Shown: positions 10,446 to 18,616 of the stretch, in pieces
How positions within the stretch are numbered: position 1 is the stretch's first letter
Layout of the letters: each line of letters starts with the position of its first letter
From: a virus
Lineage: Duplodnaviria; Caudoviricetes
Strand: one strand, 5' to 3'
Length of the DNA: 44,081 bases
IMG/VR virus record: IMGVR_UViG_3300047272_000248
Location: 1 to 44,081 of that record
Translations under genes and position numbers: made by a program
Notes under the pieces: model-generated
Database searches by the model: none
What the model was told of the DNA's origin: nothing
Seen by the model: the letters and a program-made list of their open reading frames with translations, nothing else

Positions 10446-10763
10446 TCAGTCCCAGTCGTAATCTATCTCAGGCGTAATGTCCTCGTCCGTCAGCCTGTCA
10501 TCCTGAAGGATTGGCTTAGGGTCAGGCATACTGCCTATGGACTTCTCCATATTGAACACGACCATCGCTTCCGCTTGGTCATAGGTCAGTCCGTCCTTCT
10601 CTATGAACGCCTTTGTCACGAGGTCGAAGTCATAGATGATGCCACCAGTCTTAACGCACTTGCCAATTATTGCACCATCGAGCCACTCACGAGGCTCTAG
10701 GAAGGTGCAACCTTTGTAGCGTTCAGAGTTTTCCTTGATGTCTGCTTTTGAAACTTTTCTCAT
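10446..10763 (-). CDS. Hypothetical phage protein
   Basis: 105-aa ORF in the - strand operon ending just before tRNA-Ala; acidic C-terminus. Confidence 0.75.
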   Translation of the reverse strand: MRKVSKADIKENSERYKGCTFLEPREWLDGAIIGKCVKTGGIIYDFDLVTKAFIEKDGLTYDQAEAMVVFNMEKSIGSMPDPKPILQDDRLTDEDITPEIDYDWD

Positions 10764-11046
10764 CTGCCTTGGTCTTGAATTTGTATACTGGGATTTTCTT
10801 AACGAACACGCCGTTTGTTTTTCTTCTTACGAACCTTACCTCCAGTTTTCCTAGCGACAGCAGTTCCGAAATCCATCTTTGCGAAACACGATGGACAGTG
10901 TCGTACGACTTCGCCATCTCCCTTGAGGTGAAAAACCCCTTTGGCATCGGCTCTTCCTTTACAGGACGATACCGACTGTTGCTTCCGTGTGCCGACATTT
11001 CGTTCAGGAACTCCTGAAAGTCCGACTTGCTGAATGTCTTCTTCAT
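10723..11046 (-). CDS. Winged-HTH-like DNA-binding protein
   Basis: MKKTFSK start overlaps the upstream stop (ATGA); FFTSREMAKSYDTVHRVSQRWISELLSLGKLEV pattern. Confidence 0.6.
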   Translation of the reverse strand: MKKTFSKSDFQEFLNEMSAHGSNSRYRPVKEEPMPKGFFTSREMAKSYDTVHRVSQRWISELLSLGKLEVRFVRRKTNGVFVKKIPVYKFKTKADEKSFKSRHQGKL

Positions 11047-11798
11047 CGTGCTTCCTGAGGATAGATGAATCTGTCTCCAACACGATGGATTTGCCAGATT
11101 TTCCAATTGTCACCTTCCACATACCCGCATAGCCAGCCAGTACCCCACTCACTAGTTCCCAGTCTGTTTTTGCTATAACGCATATCACGCTTTCTCGACA
11201 GGTGTCCTCCGCAAAAACCAACGACACCTCCGTGCTTTCTGGCGTTGATACAGGCGATTCGGTGAAGGTGTCCCATCGTGACCGCTCCTCCTGACACTCC
11301 GTAGAACTCTGCGTGTTCTTGCACGGAGTATCGGTTGACTGTATATCCGTGAACTGTGGCAACTGGGCCAAGCCGAAACACTCCTTCGTCTGCGTGGTAG
11401 GGCAGAATAGTCTTAACGCCAATCCCCTTAAGGAAGTTGTCAATGTCTTCCATAAGGTGGAAACAGTAGTCTTTAATGATTGCATTGGTGGTATTGTGGA
11501 AAATGTTCTCAGGTCTTTCGCAGTGGTTGCCCTTAAGGTATCTGGTGGGCTTAAGGTGCTTGAGGAATTTCTTGCCCCACTTGATGTCGTCCTCAAGCGA
11601 TTCCGACTGTTCGTTTGGACTCGCACCACCACGGATGGAGCGGAAGTCGAATCCGTCTCCAGCGTGGATGATTTCGTCAGGCTGATACCACTGGATGAAA
11701 TCGAACAGGGCTTTCGCCGCATCCCAGTCCACCATATCTCCGTGGTTATCAGAGACGATTACGAATTTGATTTTCTTTTTCTTTGTTTTTTTGGACAT
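11043..11798 (-). CDS. Calcineurin-like metallophosphoesterase
   Basis: SDNHG, HAGDGFD, GNH, HG and GHLH metal-binding motifs in canonical order. Confidence 0.88.
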   Translation of the reverse strand: MSKKTKKKKIKFVIVSDNHGDMVDWDAAKALFDFIQWYQPDEIIHAGDGFDFRSIRGGASPNEQSESLEDDIKWGKKFLKHLKPTRYLKGNHCERPENIFHNTTNAIIKDYCFHLMEDIDNFLKGIGVKTILPYHADEGVFRLGPVATVHGYTVNRYSVQEHAEFYGVSGGAVTMGHLHRIACINARKHGGVVGFCGGHLSRKRDMRYSKNRLGTSEWGTGWLCGYVEGDNWKIWQIHRVGDRFIYPQEAR

Positions 11799-11920
11799 AG
11801 AGTGGGCTGTTTTCCAGACTCGTATTGAAGAAGTTTATACCGCAGGTCTGTGACTTGGTCTGTGAGATACTGCATAGCCTTCACCATCTCAGAGAACTTC
11901 ACCTTGTGGTCATCGTCCAT
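11759..11920 (-). CDS. Small hypothetical protein (53 aa, MDDDHKVKF...)
   Basis: Manually translated; fills the operon and overlaps its neighbours. Confidence 0.5.
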   Translation of the reverse strand: MDDDHKVKFSEMVKAMQYLTDQVTDLRYKLLQYESGKQPTLCPKKQRKRKSNS

Positions 11921-12038
11921 TTTCGTTCTTTTTGTTTAGTTCTTTTACGAGCCTGTTGTTCTCTTCGATAAGTTCCTTTATCCTGTTTCTCAAGATAATA
12001 ATGAAGAGTTCCATCTCTTCTGCGTTCATATCGCTCAT
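11910..12038 (-). CDS. Small coiled-coil protein (42 aa, MSDMNAEEM...)
   Basis: Manually translated; ATGA overlap with the upstream ORF. Confidence 0.55.
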   Translation of the reverse strand: MSDMNAEEMELFIIILRNRIKELIEENNRLVKELNKKNENGR

Positions 12039-12187
12039 AGGGGTTTAGTCCACTTGTTGAGGGACAGCAGGTATTCCCATCGCTCCTTTGCCCACTTCTT
12101 GTGAAGGTCTACTTTCTTTTGCTCCGTTGGAGTCAGACCCTGTTTTTGGAAAGGTTTTCCCTTTCCGCATTTTCCACGCTTATTCAT
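12035..12187 (-). CDS. Small basic protein (50 aa, MNKRGKCGK...)
   Basis: Manually translated; overlaps both neighbours. Confidence 0.55.
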   Translation of the reverse strand: MNKRGKCGKGKPFQKQGLTPTEQKKVDLHKKWAKERWEYLLSLNKWTKPL

Positions 12188-12608
12188 TGGTAGGCTTTTC
12201 TGGATATGGCATCCAGTGGGTGATGTTCAATCCAAGGATAGGAATCTCGGCATCGTGCTCCCATTCGCACCAAGACTGCTCCTTTTCGCTCCAGTGTGCG
12301 ACTTGTGCCCAAGATGTGTGAAGTGCGTTTTCAAAATATACAACGACTGAATTTCCGTCCTTTGGTGCGGTATCAATGGACTGCCATCCAGCCTTCTTCA
12401 TTTTGTCGTACGCCTTCTTTAGGTTAAGATTAGTCCACCTGATGTCAGCCTGTTTTTGTTCAAGGTAGTTGGCATAGGCAACAAGTTTTGCGTAGTCTTC
12501 AAACTCTACATAGTGACCCATATAGTCCTTACGCATAGATACCCAAGCAGAACCATAAAGCAGTTCAGCGTAGGCACTGTATCTGTCTGGAGATGCTGGC
12601 TTGTTCAT
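12180..12608 (-). CDS. Protein with a C-terminal DUF551-like domain
   Basis: WQSIDTAPKDG...ITHWMPYPEKP signature. Confidence 0.75.
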   Translation of the reverse strand: MNKPASPDRYSAYAELLYGSAWVSMRKDYMGHYVEFEDYAKLVAYANYLEQKQADIRWTNLNLKKAYDKMKKAGWQSIDTAPKDGNSVVVYFENALHTSWAQVAHWSEKEQSWCEWEHDAEIPILGLNITHWMPYPEKPTNE

Positions 12609-13060
12609 TCTTTGTCTACGGCTTTGAGTTTAACCATATTGCGAGGAATAGGGCCGACATCCTTAGCCAGCCTAGACGATGCGATAGCCTCACGGACAAG
12701 AGGGTCTGTGGTGTCTTGAAGAACGATAAGATACATTCCGTGCCAGTATTGACCTTCAATCTGCCAGTAATGCAGGGCTTGCTTCAGTTGGGTGACTGCT
12801 CTTTTACACTCATCGGGATTGGAATAGTTCGGTTCCTCAAAGCAGTCAGAATCAGTTCTGCGTCCTTGACGGAAAGACTGATAAACTTCTGATAGGGACT
12901 CTTCCTTGCCCTCCCTAGCAGGTAGGACAAACGGACATCCACTGGTAGTACGGATTTCTTTGACTTTGGAGGCGTTGTGGAGGACATCGATAAGTTCTTC
13001 TACGGAGATGCCTAGCATATAGGCACACCCCTTTAGGCTATTCTGCTTTGTGTGGTTCAT
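12605..13060 (-). CDS. Hypothetical protein
   Basis: Probable start MNHTKQ after an A-rich leader; operon context. Confidence 0.65.
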   Translation of the reverse strand: MNHTKQNSLKGCAYMLGISVEELIDVLHNASKVKEIRTTSGCPFVLPAREGKEESLSEVYQSFRQGRRTDSDCFEEPNYSNPDECKRAVTQLKQALHYWQIEGQYWHGMYLIVLQDTTDPLVREAIASSRLAKDVGPIPRNMVKLKAVDKE

Positions 13061-13319
13061 TGGTTTTTTTATTTGTGAGTCTCTCGACATCTAGTGTGAG
13101 ACGAGCAACCTGTGCTTCAAGTGTTTTGTTTTCTGCAACTGTTTGGTTAAATAGGTCTAGTTTAAATTGAGCGTGGAGTCGTTCAATATCTGTTCGTAGG
13201 CTCGCCAGCCGATACCGCTCGGCCTCGGCTTTGATGAGTGTGTAGTCCTCGTAAGATACGCAATCAATCGTCTCAGTTGTTCCAATCCTTCCGACTTTGT
13301 ATCGCTTCAGTTCGCTCAC
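13038..13319 (-). CDS. Hypothetical coiled-coil protein
   Basis: GTGA overlap with the lysozyme stop; heptad-like C-terminal half. Confidence 0.65.
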   Translation of the reverse strand: MSELKRYKVGRIGTTETIDCVSYEDYTLIKAEAERYRLASLRTDIERLHAQFKLDLFNQTVAENKTLEAQVARLTLDVERLTNKKTNEPHKAE

Positions 13320-13732
13320 AGGATGCCCCTAGCCCGATTGAGAGCAGGGTAGTCGAGGTTTGTGTTGAAGCGGTTCTTCATAGCACCGCTGAAGCCCATA
13401 GCGTAGCACATATAGACACGCAACGGAGTGGGCTTGATGCCATTGGCCTTGAGGCGTTCGACAATCCACTCGCAGTGCCACTGGGCTACCTGCCGTGACA
13501 GCGAATAGTTGAAGGCGTTGGCCTTGCTGTACTCCCAGTTTGCGTAGTTCCGCTTACAGGCATCGACCCAAGCGTCACGCTTCAGTTGAAAGCATCCAAG
13601 GCTTTGACCTTTGTCTCCTACAGCAGTACAGCGTTCGCTGGACTCGATGACGGCTAATTTATCCAAAAAGCCATCCGTGATTTCCATTGCCTGTGCTTGG
13701 ATGCACAGGGCGAGGAATAGTGCGTATTTCAT
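13316..13732 (-). CDS. Lysozyme/lytic-transglycosylase-like endolysin with a Sec signal peptide
   Basis: MKYALFLALCIQAQA signal; IESS putative catalytic Glu, then GDKGQSLGCFQL. Confidence 0.72.
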   Translation of the reverse strand: MKYALFLALCIQAQAMEITDGFLDKLAVIESSERCTAVGDKGQSLGCFQLKRDAWVDACKRNYANWEYSKANAFNYSLSRQVAQWHCEWIVERLKANGIKPTPLRVYMCYAMGFSGAMKNRFNTNLDYPALNRARGIL

Positions 13733-13743
13733 TGGTTGGAAAG

Positions 13744-13868
13744 TGGAGGGGCGATGGGACTTTACCCATAATCTAATGCTCTGTGTACGGCTTGGGAGTC
13801 GAACCCTGCATTTCATACCAGTACCGCTGGGATACACCGCATTAGCGTTTTAGTTAAACTACTACCCC
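13744..13868 (-). ncRNA. Atypical tRNA-like RNA (125 nt) with a nested D/T-arm module
   Basis: GGGGTAG...CGCCCC-T-CCA acceptor; D arm GTTT/AAAC; CTAATGC/GCATTAG stem enclosing CCAG-CGGTA-CTGG and GGG-TTCGACT-CCC; outer ATGGG/CCCAT arm. Confidence 0.7.
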
Positions 13869-13873
13869 AAATT

Positions 13874-13945
13874 TGTCCCTGCTAGGAATCGAACCTAGAT
13901 AATTCGCTTAGAAGGCGAATGTTCTATCCATTGAACTACAGGGAC
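13874..13945 (-). tRNA. tRNA-Arg (UCU), CCA not encoded
   Basis: GTCCCTG/CAGGGAC acceptor; TTCGC-CTTCTAA-GCGAA anticodon arm; CTAGG-TTCGATT-CCTAG T arm. Confidence 0.95.
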
Positions 13946-13952
13946 AGAAGGA

Positions 13953-14681
13953 TTAGAACGGAACTTCGTCTTCGGGTTCGGATTCGTCACCCTTCTCCTT
14001 GATAGCCCAGAGAGCCTGAGCGGACTTCTTCAGGGAAAGGTCTTTGACACCGACCTTGCCAGTCTTTTCCCACGGCTTGGGTTCCCACTTGTTAGCCCAG
14101 TAGTCCAAGTCCTTGTCGGAAAGAGCGGACAGTGCAGTGCCCTTGTTGTTGCCGAACGGAACAGTCAGTTCGAAGTTGATTTCAACACCGACAGACGGAG
14201 CGGAAGAAGCGGGAGCAGGTGCGGAAGCCTTGGCAGGAGCCTTGGCAGGAGCACGAGCAGGGGCTTCAGACTTAACGACCCTGTCTGCTTCGCAATCGTC
14301 ATCCGTGGTAGCCAGACCGCCGATGGAGGCCAGACAGTAGCGTCTCAGGTAGGTCAGGATAGCACCAGCCTGTTGACCAGTGGCCTGTTCGCCGACAGGA
14401 ACGATGCAGGAGGATTCGATGCTCGTGCCGTTCTTGTGGGCGATGATGGTCTTGATGCCGATGCCCTTATCGTGGTACTCGGAGGTGGGCAACTGGATGA
14501 CCACGAGGCCGTGCTTGCTGAAGATGGGCTTCAGGTACGACAGGTGGGCGGACAGGCTTGCGAACTTATTCTTGAAGTGCGGATTGTAGTCATCAGCAAC
14601 GATGTCCTTGGTCTCATCGTGCACCTTGCCAAGGGCGATGTAGAGTTCGGACAGGTTATGCTTTGTGTTGTTGTCTTCCAT
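13953..14681 (-). CDS. erf: ERF-family single-strand annealing protein
   Basis: NPHFKNKFASL and GAILTYLRRYCL...DDD motifs; Ala/Pro linker; SSB-like acidic DEVPF tail. Confidence 0.85.
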   Translation of the reverse strand: MEDNNTKHNLSELYIALGKVHDETKDIVADDYNPHFKNKFASLSAHLSYLKPIFSKHGLVVIQLPTSEYHDKGIGIKTIIAHKNGTSIESSCIVPVGEQATGQQAGAILTYLRRYCLASIGGLATTDDDCEADRVVKSEAPARAPAKAPAKASAPAPASSAPSVGVEINFELTVPFGNNKGTALSALSDKDLDYWANKWEPKPWEKTGKVGVKDLSLKKSAQALWAIKEKGDESEPEDEVPF

Positions 14682-14727
14682 AGGTAGTGATGGTTCTGGG
14701 TAGAATCTTATTTGTTTCCAGAGTCGG

Positions 14728-15006
14728 TCACTTGCTCTCGACCACCGCATTGATGTTACGGCTATTGCTAGCGTTGATTCTGACCGCCTTGCCTTGGTCG
14801 TTGATGAACGAGTAGTACTCGTACTTCTTCACCTTGACAGGCTTCAGGAGGCGAGCCATCCGACCATCAGGAAGCACGATGTACTTCTTGGCGTTGGAGA
14901 CTTCGATGATTTGGTTGTTTGTGTTGGTATCCATTTTGGTGTTGGGGGAAATGTCTTTGAACCAGTGACGAGGAAGTTTACCTGTCTCTACTTTGATGTC
15001 ACTCAT
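14728..15006 (-). CDS. Hypothetical protein
   Basis: ATGA overlap with the dnaC-like stop; start could alternatively be MDTNTN. Confidence 0.65.
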   Translation of the reverse strand: MSDIKVETGKLPRHWFKDISPNTKMDTNTNNQIIEVSNAKKYIVLPDGRMARLLKPVKVKKYEYYSFINDQGKAVRINASNSRNINAVVESK

Positions 15007-15692
15007 TCTTTTGAGGCTCCGTAGATTTTGAAGTAGTCCTTGATTCTGCGGATGATGGCAGAGCCAGTCTCTCCGTTTGAGAATCTGTCGGACAGTCCGC
15101 TTCCGTTGTAGTTCGTTGTGATGATGGTCGGGCGTTTATTGGATGTACGCTCGTCAATGATGGCGAACAAATCAGACTCCATTCGTGCCGTCAAGCGTTC
15201 TTTACCCAAATCGTCAATGACCAGCAACGAACAGGAAGACAGACGCTCCAGCACATCGCCGTGGTTCTGGTTGGCGAAGCCCTTCTCGATTTCCTGCTCC
15301 AGTTTACGCATCGTCAGGAAGTTGCTGTGCTTCGGGTAGAAGTGTAGCCAAGCCTTGTTGAACATCACCCAAGCGGTGCGGGTCTTGCCTGTGCCAGTCA
15401 CGCCGTGAAGCAGTACGCTGTCCTCAGGGCTGACCTCCTTGAGGGCGGTCTGCATCTGAGGAGCCAACTTGGACTCGATGGTGTCCTCAAAGGCCACAGG
15501 GGTCGAAGGATGCATCCGCTTGAAGTACCAGTTGTTCTTTTCGAAAACATCCTTGTAGAAGTAAGGCCACTCGTGGTGTTCCTTCGTCTTGAAGCAGTCA
15601 AAGCACACGGACACATACGGCTTGAACTTCTGGCTGTTGAAGTCGAACACAGGTACTGCGTCCGCCTTGCAGTGAATACACTTGGAGGCCAT
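15003..15692 (-). CDS. dnaC: DnaC/IstB-like AAA+ helicase loader
   Basis: N-terminal CxxC pairs; Walker A GVTGTGKT; Walker B LLVIDDLG; PTIITTN. Confidence 0.9.
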   Translation of the reverse strand: MASKCIHCKADAVPVFDFNSQKFKPYVSVCFDCFKTKEHHEWPYFYKDVFEKNNWYFKRMHPSTPVAFEDTIESKLAPQMQTALKEVSPEDSVLLHGVTGTGKTRTAWVMFNKAWLHFYPKHSNFLTMRKLEQEIEKGFANQNHGDVLERLSSCSLLVIDDLGKERLTARMESDLFAIIDERTSNKRPTIITTNYNGSGLSDRFSNGETGSAIIRRIKDYFKIYGASKE

Positions 15693-15934
15693 TAGCGTTT
15701 AATCTCCTTCTCGTAACTCTTCCAGCCGTCCTTGGTGTGGCACATCATCGAGCAGTTAATCCTTCCAGAATCCCACTCGATGCGTAGCGTATAGTCGGAA
15801 TGCTCAATGGAAGCATTTCCGCTTCCAAGTTTTCCGCTTGGAATGACAAAGTACTCGATGGCGTTTACGAATTCGTTGTCAGCCCAAGCATCGAAGCCTA
15901 GTCGGTCGATGTGAGGTTGGATGTCAGAAGCCAT
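15692..15934 (-). CDS. Hypothetical protein
   Basis: 80 aa; TAATG-coupled to dnaC. Confidence 0.65.
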   Translation of the reverse strand: MASDIQPHIDRLGFDAWADNEFVNAIEYFVIPSGKLGSGNASIEHSDYTLRIEWDSGRINCSMMCHTKDGWKSYEKEIKR

Positions 15935-16556
15935 TGGCGTGGTCTTGATTGGTTAGCGTTTTGGTTTGTTGGGTATTGGCTAGGAAAAGACCCTGCCAAC
16001 CGAAGGCAATGCTTTTGTTGATGGAATCCACAGCCTTGGATTCGTTGCCCCACGACCCTAGCATCTTCAACTGCTCCGCCTTGGTCATCGGAGTGAGAGG
16101 CTTCTTCGTCTGCTTCCTGTACGCCTCCCACTTCGTCCAAGCCTCCTTGAACGGCTCACCATAAGGCAGGTCGATGTTATTATTACTATCCTCTTTCTTA
16201 TCCTCTGTTCTATATGTAGGAAGTCTATTTCCTCCCCTGCGGGAAATAGGTTTCCCCCTCCCTAGGAAATCTGTAGCACCCACCAAGGCTTGCTTCTCCA
16301 CAGTCCTGAGGATGCGTCTGCCGTTCACCTCGACCCTTACCACCAACTGGAAGTCGATGAGGGTCTTGAGGCAGTTCTTTACCTGTCTGTCGCTCAACTG
16401 GAGGGTGGTCGCTAGGTAGCCGTTTGAGGCGTAGCAACCCTCCTCGTTGTCTAGGGCATTGACGATGCCGTAGACCACCTTTTCCGTGATGGTAAGCGTC
16501 TCCATCTGGAGAACCTCAGAGGGAATCCAGACACCAGTGAATTTCGGGGTGCTCAT
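15924..16556 (-). CDS. Replication initiator (N-terminal wHTH, internal iterons)
   Basis: FTGVWIP...CYASNGYLATTLQLSDRQVKNCL HTH; C-terminal W..W..YRK...GWQGLF; upstream of dnaC. Confidence 0.85.
   Translation of the reverse strand: MSTPKFTGVWIPSEVLQMETLTITEKVVYGIVNALDNEEGCYASNGYLATTLQLSDRQVKNCLKTLIDFQLVVRVEVNGRRILRTVEKQALVGATDFLGRGKPISRRGGNRLPTYRTEDKKEDSNNNIDLPYGEPFKEAWTKWEAYRKQTKKPLTPMTKAEQLKMLGSWGNESKAVDSINKSIAFGWQGLFLANTQQTKTLTNQDHANGF
16186..16284. promoter_or_regulatory. Probable replication origin (iterons within the initiator gene)
   Basis: Three ~22-24-bp G-rich...TTCC units next to a purine/AT-rich tract, as in lambda O-type genes. Confidence 0.65.
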
Positions 16557-16750
16557 CGCTTTCCTCGGATATTCTTGAGTTCCTCGATTTCCTGCTGGTT
16601 CAAGTTCTTATCAAAAGCCTTCTTGGCCTTGGCAGTGAACTTCCAACGGCCTTCCCTGTCCTGTGCAGGAACGCCTTTACGCACGAGGTGGATGCTCTTG
16701 TCGAACTTCTCGCCATACGCATCGTACAGCGGTTTGTCTAGGTCGCTCAT
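16553..16750 (-). CDS. Small hypothetical protein
   Basis: 65 aa; ATGA-coupled on both sides. Confidence 0.7.
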   Translation of the reverse strand: MSDLDKPLYDAYGEKFDKSIHLVRKGVPAQDREGRWKFTAKAKKAFDKNLNQQEIEELKNIRGKR

Positions 16751-17538
16751 TCGGCGTAGGGGATGTACAGTTTGTGGATGACTCGATTCCTTGGCTTAGG
16801 CCAAGTGTCTGTCTTAACGCACTCTCCGTAACGCAGGAGCATATCCATAACATACGACTTCCACAGTTTCATTTCCTCCTCGTCCACAGGGTGGAACAGC
16901 GAACTGCTGGGGTCGCTGGTCTCAACGGCGATGAACTCAAAGTTGAACGGCTTGCCGAACGCCTTTTCAGCCATCAGGACATAGAAGGCTGACTGTAGCC
17001 AGTACAGCCTGTCCTTGACTGTGTGGCAGAACTTGACGATGCCAGCGTCATCACAGGTCTTGATGTCCCTGATGATGCCACGCTCGACATCCACGAGGTC
17101 AAGGCGAGCCTTGCAGTGGATGCCCTGAAGGTCGGCTAGGATGACCTGTTCGTAACGCATCTCAGGGATGGCCTTGATGGCCTTCCACTCGTTGGAGTAC
17201 TGGAGGCCGATACAAGCCCTCTGGACAATCTCTTTGGACTCAGCCTTTAGGATGGTCTTGCCAGCGTACTGCTCAGCGAACGCCTTCTTGATGGCCTTGC
17301 CCTCGTTGGTGCGTCCATCCACATCAGGCATATAGCCGATGGTGGAGTCGTACAGTTCAGGTTCAAGCATAGCCGTGTGGACGGCAGTGCCAATCCTCAT
17401 AGCCTCGGTGGTCTCGACCTCCTTCTGGTTAAAGAAGTGGTAGGGCGAGCGGTAGAACGCCTTGAAGCGGGAAGCATTCAGGGCGGGAAGAGAGCGGTAC
17501 TCGCTCTCCGTCATAGTGCTGATTACAGCGTCTTTCAT
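16747..17538 (-). CDS. RecE/exonuclease VIII-like PD-(D/E)XK nuclease (DUF3799-like)
   Basis: LNASRFK, GTAVH, KARLD, DIKT and YWLQSAFY motifs. Confidence 0.88.
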   Translation of the reverse strand: MKDAVISTMTESEYRSLPALNASRFKAFYRSPYHFFNQKEVETTEAMRIGTAVHTAMLEPELYDSTIGYMPDVDGRTNEGKAIKKAFAEQYAGKTILKAESKEIVQRACIGLQYSNEWKAIKAIPEMRYEQVILADLQGIHCKARLDLVDVERGIIRDIKTCDDAGIVKFCHTVKDRLYWLQSAFYVLMAEKAFGKPFNFEFIAVETSDPSSSLFHPVDEEEMKLWKSYVMDMLLRYGECVKTDTWPKPRNRVIHKLYIPYAE

Positions 17539-17993
17539 TGGTGTTGTGGGTTTTGGTTTTGGTCGAAGTACAGCCTGATACTTGGGGTAGCAGACCAGTA
17601 CTTCTCAATGGTGATGCACCAGATTTGGTTATCGTCAAGCCAGTATCCGCATTTTGTCAACTCGTCCAAAAGGGACTTGACAACATTGTCCACATCTGGT
17701 TTTGTCGTTTTTACAATTGTTTTACAACTGTCAATTTTCCGTAAAAGGTACTTAGGTGCAGTATAATAAAGTCTAATGTAGCACCGAACTGGCCCCTCGA
17801 TTGGCTTATCAGGCTTTCCACGCAGTAAAAACGGCCTAACGCCGTCAACCCACGCAGAAACCTTGTTGTTTTTCATCTTTCCAACGAAGAATTTGCCTGT
17901 TTTACGCTTCATAACCCTCAGGTTGGCCTGATGTGTGCTTTTCGGAGGCTCACAAGGGATTACAAGCCAAGATTGACTAGTAGGAAGTTCCAT
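17535..17993 (-). CDS. rusA: RusA-like Holliday junction resolvase
   Basis: KPDVDNVVKSLLD...DDNQI motif. Confidence 0.9.
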   Translation of the reverse strand: MELPTSQSWLVIPCEPPKSTHQANLRVMKRKTGKFFVGKMKNNKVSAWVDGVRPFLLRGKPDKPIEGPVRCYIRLYYTAPKYLLRKIDSCKTIVKTTKPDVDNVVKSLLDELTKCGYWLDDNQIWCITIEKYWSATPSIRLYFDQNQNPQHQ

Positions 17994-18006
17994 ATACTAT
18001 TTTATT

Positions 18007-18474
18007 ATGGAATCTGAGTCCAAGTACGAGAGAGTCAAGACCGATAAAAAGGCCAGAACGCTGGAGAAACTCGACCCCAAGAAGAAGGAAGAAATTATCT
18101 GGATGACGCAGGAAGGTCACACCCAGCGTGACATCGAGGAGAAGTTAGATGTCTCGTCCCATACAGTTGTGGCTGTTCGTCAGGAATCTGGTGACAAGGA
18201 TATCAGTCTTGGAAACTACAAGAAACAGACGAGCGAACTGTTCAAGTCCATCATCCTTAAGGGTGCTAAGCGTCTTGATGCTGACATCGATAAACTCCCG
18301 CTGTCTCAGATGCCTCTCGCCCTCGCCATCCTCATCGACAAAGTTCAGACACTCAACGACCAGCCTGTCGTGGTCACTGAGCATCGTCTCAAGGTCAGGC
18401 ACGAAGACATCAACCGTTTGATTATGGGGGAGGTCATCGACCTGCCCAAGGATGATAGCAATTCTGCCAAGTAA
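18007..18474 (+). CDS. HTH DNA-binding protein, possibly terminase small subunit
   Basis: EGHTQRDIEEKLDVSSHTVVAVR HTH with a helical, oligomerisation-like C-terminus. Confidence 0.55.
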   Translation: MESESKYERVKTDKKARTLEKLDPKKKEEIIWMTQEGHTQRDIEEKLDVSSHTVVAVRQESGDKDISLGNYKKQTSELFKSIILKGAKRLDADIDKLPLSQMPLALAILIDKVQTLNDQPVVVTEHRLKVRHEDINRLIMGEVIDLPKDDSNSAK

Positions 18475-18584
18475 AAATTTCCAGAAAAGTTTTTTTGGTA
18501 AAAAATCCCTTATAATAAGGTTCTAGTCAGGGTAAATAGGACAGGGTCGTGCGGGTTGTCGGCTTCAGTCCGTCAGCAGTCCGA

Positions 18585-18616
18585 AAATTTCCAAGGCAGG
18601 ATGTGGTATACTATAG
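18585..18616 (+). promoter_or_regulatory. Early promoter P1 (extended -10)
   Basis: AAATTTCCA...GGATGTGG-TATACT; same motif and spacing at 23869. Confidence 0.75.

Noticed and set aside
13733-13837. Extended N-terminus of the lysozyme ORF in the track
   Set aside because: It overlaps the tRNA-like RNA; the ATG at 13732 gives a clean signal peptide
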